Part shown: piece after piece, positions 47,000 through 50,526 of the stretch
Layout of the letters: every line of letters starts with the position of its first letter
Position numbering within the stretch: the stretch's first letter is position 1
Origin: Prorocentrum cordatum
Taxonomy: Eukaryota
NCBI GenBank assembly: GCA_963575745.1
Contig: CAUYUJ010000081.1
Location: forward strand, 620,001-670,526
Direction: 5' to 3'
DNA: 50,526 nucleotides
Position numbers and translations under genes: made by a program
Notes under the pieces: generated by a model
Databases searched by the model: none
What the model was told of the DNA's origin: nothing
The model's input: only the letters and a program-made list of their open reading frames with translations

Positions 47000-47660
47000 G
47001 GAGAAAGATTAATACTTGAATGCTTTTGCGGACCAAATAGCAAAATAGGTAACTCTATGAACTTCGTTGACAGTTCTTGCGAGGTTATACGATACACTGA
47101 AAGCGAGGATACGAGGAGCGACGAGGGCAACATCCAAGCACTTACGGATATTAAAGAGTTTAAGGGGCAACATACTTCACTCTGGAGTTCGATCCCATGC
47201 ACCGGAGGTTCTCCCTGGCATTATGTAGATGAAGCTCACTATTTCCGTGAAGGTGGCCACAGATCCCTCCGTGGGCTCCGAGGGATCCGAACGGACTTTC
47301 GATGCCTACTTTGGAAGTTTAGAGAGATGGCCAGCGCCGTCGTTGATGCGGGGGGTGCAGTTCGTATAGAGTGGCCTAGCCAGTGTCAGCATTGGAGAGA
47401 CCCTCAGGTGAAAGCATTTGTAAGAGAAGTAGGTTTGCAGAAGACAGCGTTGCATGGATGCGCATATGAACTGAGAGATAGAAAGGGGAATTTCATGGAG
47501 AAGCCATGGGCCATTGCTTCCACGTCGGACATTGTGACTAGTGGTTTGGAACGGAAGTGTGATGGCACGCATGCGCACGTCGAGGCGCGTGGCAAAGATT
47601 GCAAATTTGCTGAAGATTACACAGATGAGTTTGCGAAACAGATTCACGTTGCACTTGCCC
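47000..47660 (+). CDS. Divergent C5-DNA-methyltransferase-like domain 3' of Copia RNase H
   Basis: Motif I-like LECFCG (47015-47032), IV-like SIPCTGG (PC 47195-47200), VI-like IEWP (E 47369), VIII-like KPW, CDGTHAH and X-like AEDYTDEFA..IH. Open frame within ORF 46949..48160. Confidence 0.7.
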
Positions 47661-47899
47661 GAGCGGCATCGCACTCCTCCCTTGATCTTACCTCCCCTCC
47701 CCATGATATTTGTGCCGCCGCTGTTTCCCCTCGTGAGCAGGGGCGGGGCCGCCGTCGGCCGTGCCCCCCGCCGGCGGAGCCGTCGCGTAGCCGCGGCCGC
47801 CCCCCCCTCGCAGGCAGTGGGCGCCAGCCCATAGCCTCCTGGTCGCGCACCGATCCTGGGCGGCAGGTTCTTGGCGCCTCGGCGGCGCAGCCGTCCGAG

Positions 47900-50526
47900 A
47901 TGACTGGGAAGGAGAAGTGGTTCTCCCTATGCAAAACGATAGGATGCAGGCACCTCGCTGGGATCACCTGGACACAGTCCTCGGCGACCCCAGCGGGCGA
48001 GGATAACCCGGCCAGTGAGCGCGCGAAGGGATCGATGACAGCACAGCCGAGGGAACATTACGAGAACGAAGATTGCCCATATCATTGTTGCAGGACAAGC
48101 TCCGAGAGAAGCGATGATGACGACATTTATATGCATGATAATGTGTTGTCTTCTGTATGAGTTCCTCTCGAATAGCCCGAGCAGGATAGCAGAAAGGGTT
48201 GCCGATAATCTGGGAATATTTGACCCCGAACGGCAAACCGCTGTGGCTGCTCAAAGTCTCGGTTACATGCGCAACATTACGGTACCCAAAAATATTGGAT
48301 TCTGAGATGATTGTGACGGAGTGGAAGGATGTTGAGTTGAAAGAAACGTGTCATTCCGAGCCAGAGGTAGTTACCAAGAAGTGGACCGATGTCGAATTGA
48401 AATGCACGTACCATTTGGAACCAGAAGAAGGTGGAACATCATTTCTTTGTTGCGATCAGCCTCAACATGGCTCGCGGACGATGGATGCAGAAGGTTGCGA
48501 TGACCCGGAACGTCCAAAATTATTTTCGGACTGGCAATATCGCCGGTAAACTCAATGAAGACTTGAAGAGATGCAACGAATCAGTCATTCAAAGAGTGTA
48601 CAACCAGAGGTCGGTGGACCCATGGGTCGTTTTCTGGGCATCCTGCCAAAAGGATCCGCGAGGCAATTTCAGAAGCAATTTCTATGGTCGCCCCCCCGAT
48701 CTCTCGAAAATTGAGGGGCGGCAGTATGTCCAATCCCATGTTGACCCAAGCGCGACATTGAAATGTAATTTTTACGTTGGACCCCCGGGGGATCCGAGAG
48801 CAGGTTTGTTCGGACCTGCGACCGCGGGGAGATAATCGGACCAGTTCTGATCGGCGCTAGACGCACCTACCTCAGAGGCGCAGGATATTTCGTCACGATT
48901 AGAACCATTGACCGACGCGCGGATCAAGTTGTCTTCATGAATGTTTGGACCCTCCAGGAACAAGCCCCCGCGCGTCGCAGCTGTTGATGGGTGGGGCGCC
49001 CACTTCGCACTCCTAGTTGGCAGAGGAGATCCCGGCGCAAAGATAAACGTAGTTGCGCAAGCGTTGACTGAGGAGGCCCTGGATCATCACCACGCATGGA
49101 AGGAGCAGCAGGAGTAACCTCAATCCAAGAGGGCCAGACTTCACTCGGCGGCGCAGCCGTCCGAGCGAGGAGGGCCGCCCTCGCAAGATGATAGCTGTCC
49201 GGCTCAAGAGACGAATCCTCCGCAGAAGCGATTAGGCGATGCCGAGGGATCGAGGCCAGCCAAGGCTGCCAAGACCGGGAAGGCCGCCGACGCTGAGGAG
49301 AGAGATCCTTCCTGAAACCCCGATGAGTGCTCCTAACGGGCCCGTAAATGCCCCGATGGGAGGCGGTCCTTCGGGCCCCGGTGCCTCCAATGGCGCTCCG
49401 AGCGGCAATGCTGCTTCCAACTTTTCATCCGACGGCGCAGCCTGGGGTTGGGGAATATCATCTGGATCGGGGTCCGGCGGCGGACGCCGGACAGAGTCCT
49501 GGCGCGCCGAGTGGGGGCGGAGGTGGCGGCCCACCTCCGGGCCCGAGCCCACCTCGACCTCCTCTTTCAGGAGGGGCAGGCGGCGAGCCTGACCCGCCTT
49601 CTTTGGCACGAGGAATCTGGAATGTGTTACGACATAGGGAGCAGACAGGGGCCGGCGCAGCCACGCCACTGAATGATGCCGAAGTTTCAGGATATTGGGC
49701 TCGTTGCATCACGGACATAGCCACACTGTATGCTGACGCGGTAGATCCTGCCCTTCTTATTTCGATGGGATGGCTTAATCAACAGAAAATGTGTCAGGTT
49801 AGCGGAGGTGCGTGGTCGCGGATGGATTCCCGTTAGTGGCGAAGATCTGGCCGCCACGGCGCGGACTGGTAGACATCCGCGTGAATTCTTCCGGCCCTTG
49901 ACTCAAACGCCTCATGAAGGGCACAAGTAGTGGGCCATTGCCATTCATCTAGTCTCCGACTCGACGTGTCAATTCCACAGTGCACGCGACAAGAAGCTTG
50001 GTGGTTCTGCAAGTCCCTCATTTTTCATGCGGGAGGAAAATAAAGGGAATGCAGAAGGGGATATGCTTGCGGAAGGACGCTCCTGCAATATATGATGGAA
50101 CCTGAGTTGTGGAACAATCGAGTTTCGCCCCATATGGGGAATCTCATCCCGGGTCATCATGCGCCGATGCAATTCATATTGAGGTTCCTGAATGATACCT
50201 CTGACGGAGACCACCGTAAGCTCAAGGGACTGGGCAGAGAGAAGATGGACAAGGCACAGCCCAAAATTCTGCTTGCTGTACTAGGCCCCTTCTTCGAGAC
50301 AGCTGAGAGAATGATCCACGAAGCGGCGAACCGCTCCAAGTCGGGAGCAGTTCAGATATTCTACGTTGGCGGAGACCATCGATGTTGGCACTCGGCAAAT
50401 GGCACCTTCAAGATGGATGTCACGTGGGGTGATATCGCCACTTTGCTTCGGGCACGCATGGATCAGCGCGTTGAGCGATGCAGAGCTGCGGGAATTCAGC
50501 ACAGAACCGTGAAGTTGGATGGCTTT
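47900..50526 (+). pseudogene. Unknown extra coding region 3' of Copia pol
   Basis: Overlapping non-repetitive ORF fragments (48199, 48431, 49348) and a 60-bp internal duplication with several synonymous differences. Confidence 0.45.

Larger units (their letters stand above)
30800..50526 (+). mobile_element. Large decayed Ty1/Copia retrotransposon with a C5-MTase-like domain and extra 3' coding region (LTRs not identified; runs past the window end)
   Basis: Order gag(CCCH)-PR-IN-RT-RH defines Copia. Many stops and frameshifts. The 5' boundary is inferred from coding-like gag sequence. Confidence 0.85.

Overview
Eukaryotic, GC-rich, repeat-dominated DNA, almost certainly dinoflagellate. The evidence is a spliced-leader relic, DNMT-bearing DIRS and Copia elements, and an 89-bp minisatellite I associate with Prorocentrum cordatum (the species is an inference). 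No intact host gene, rRNA, tRNA or CRISPR array is visible. Three decayed retrotransposons dominate. (1) ~1-7560 (-): a DIRS-type tyrosine-recombinase element (gag, RT, RNase H, YR) with an apparently intact Dnmt3-like C5 methyltransferase inserted inside the RNase H domain; a ~200-bp array with a conserved 26-nt motif abuts its 5' end. (2) 13949-20937 (-): a second DIRS element with a complete split-direct-repeat layout (A1...B1-A2-B2), an 11-bp repeat at both ends, and a nested minisatellite element flanked by 35-bp direct repeats. (3) ~30.8 kb to past the window end (+): a large Ty1/Copia element (CCCH gag, PR, IN, RT, RH) followed by a divergent C5-MTase-like domain and more unknown coding sequence; two nested insertions split its gag. 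The rest is satellite, minisatellite and microsatellite DNA, with a likely SL-tagged retrocopy fragment and two possible GC-AG exons. Domain calls are from motif recognition by eye; no searches were run, and the boundaries of decayed ORFs are approximate.
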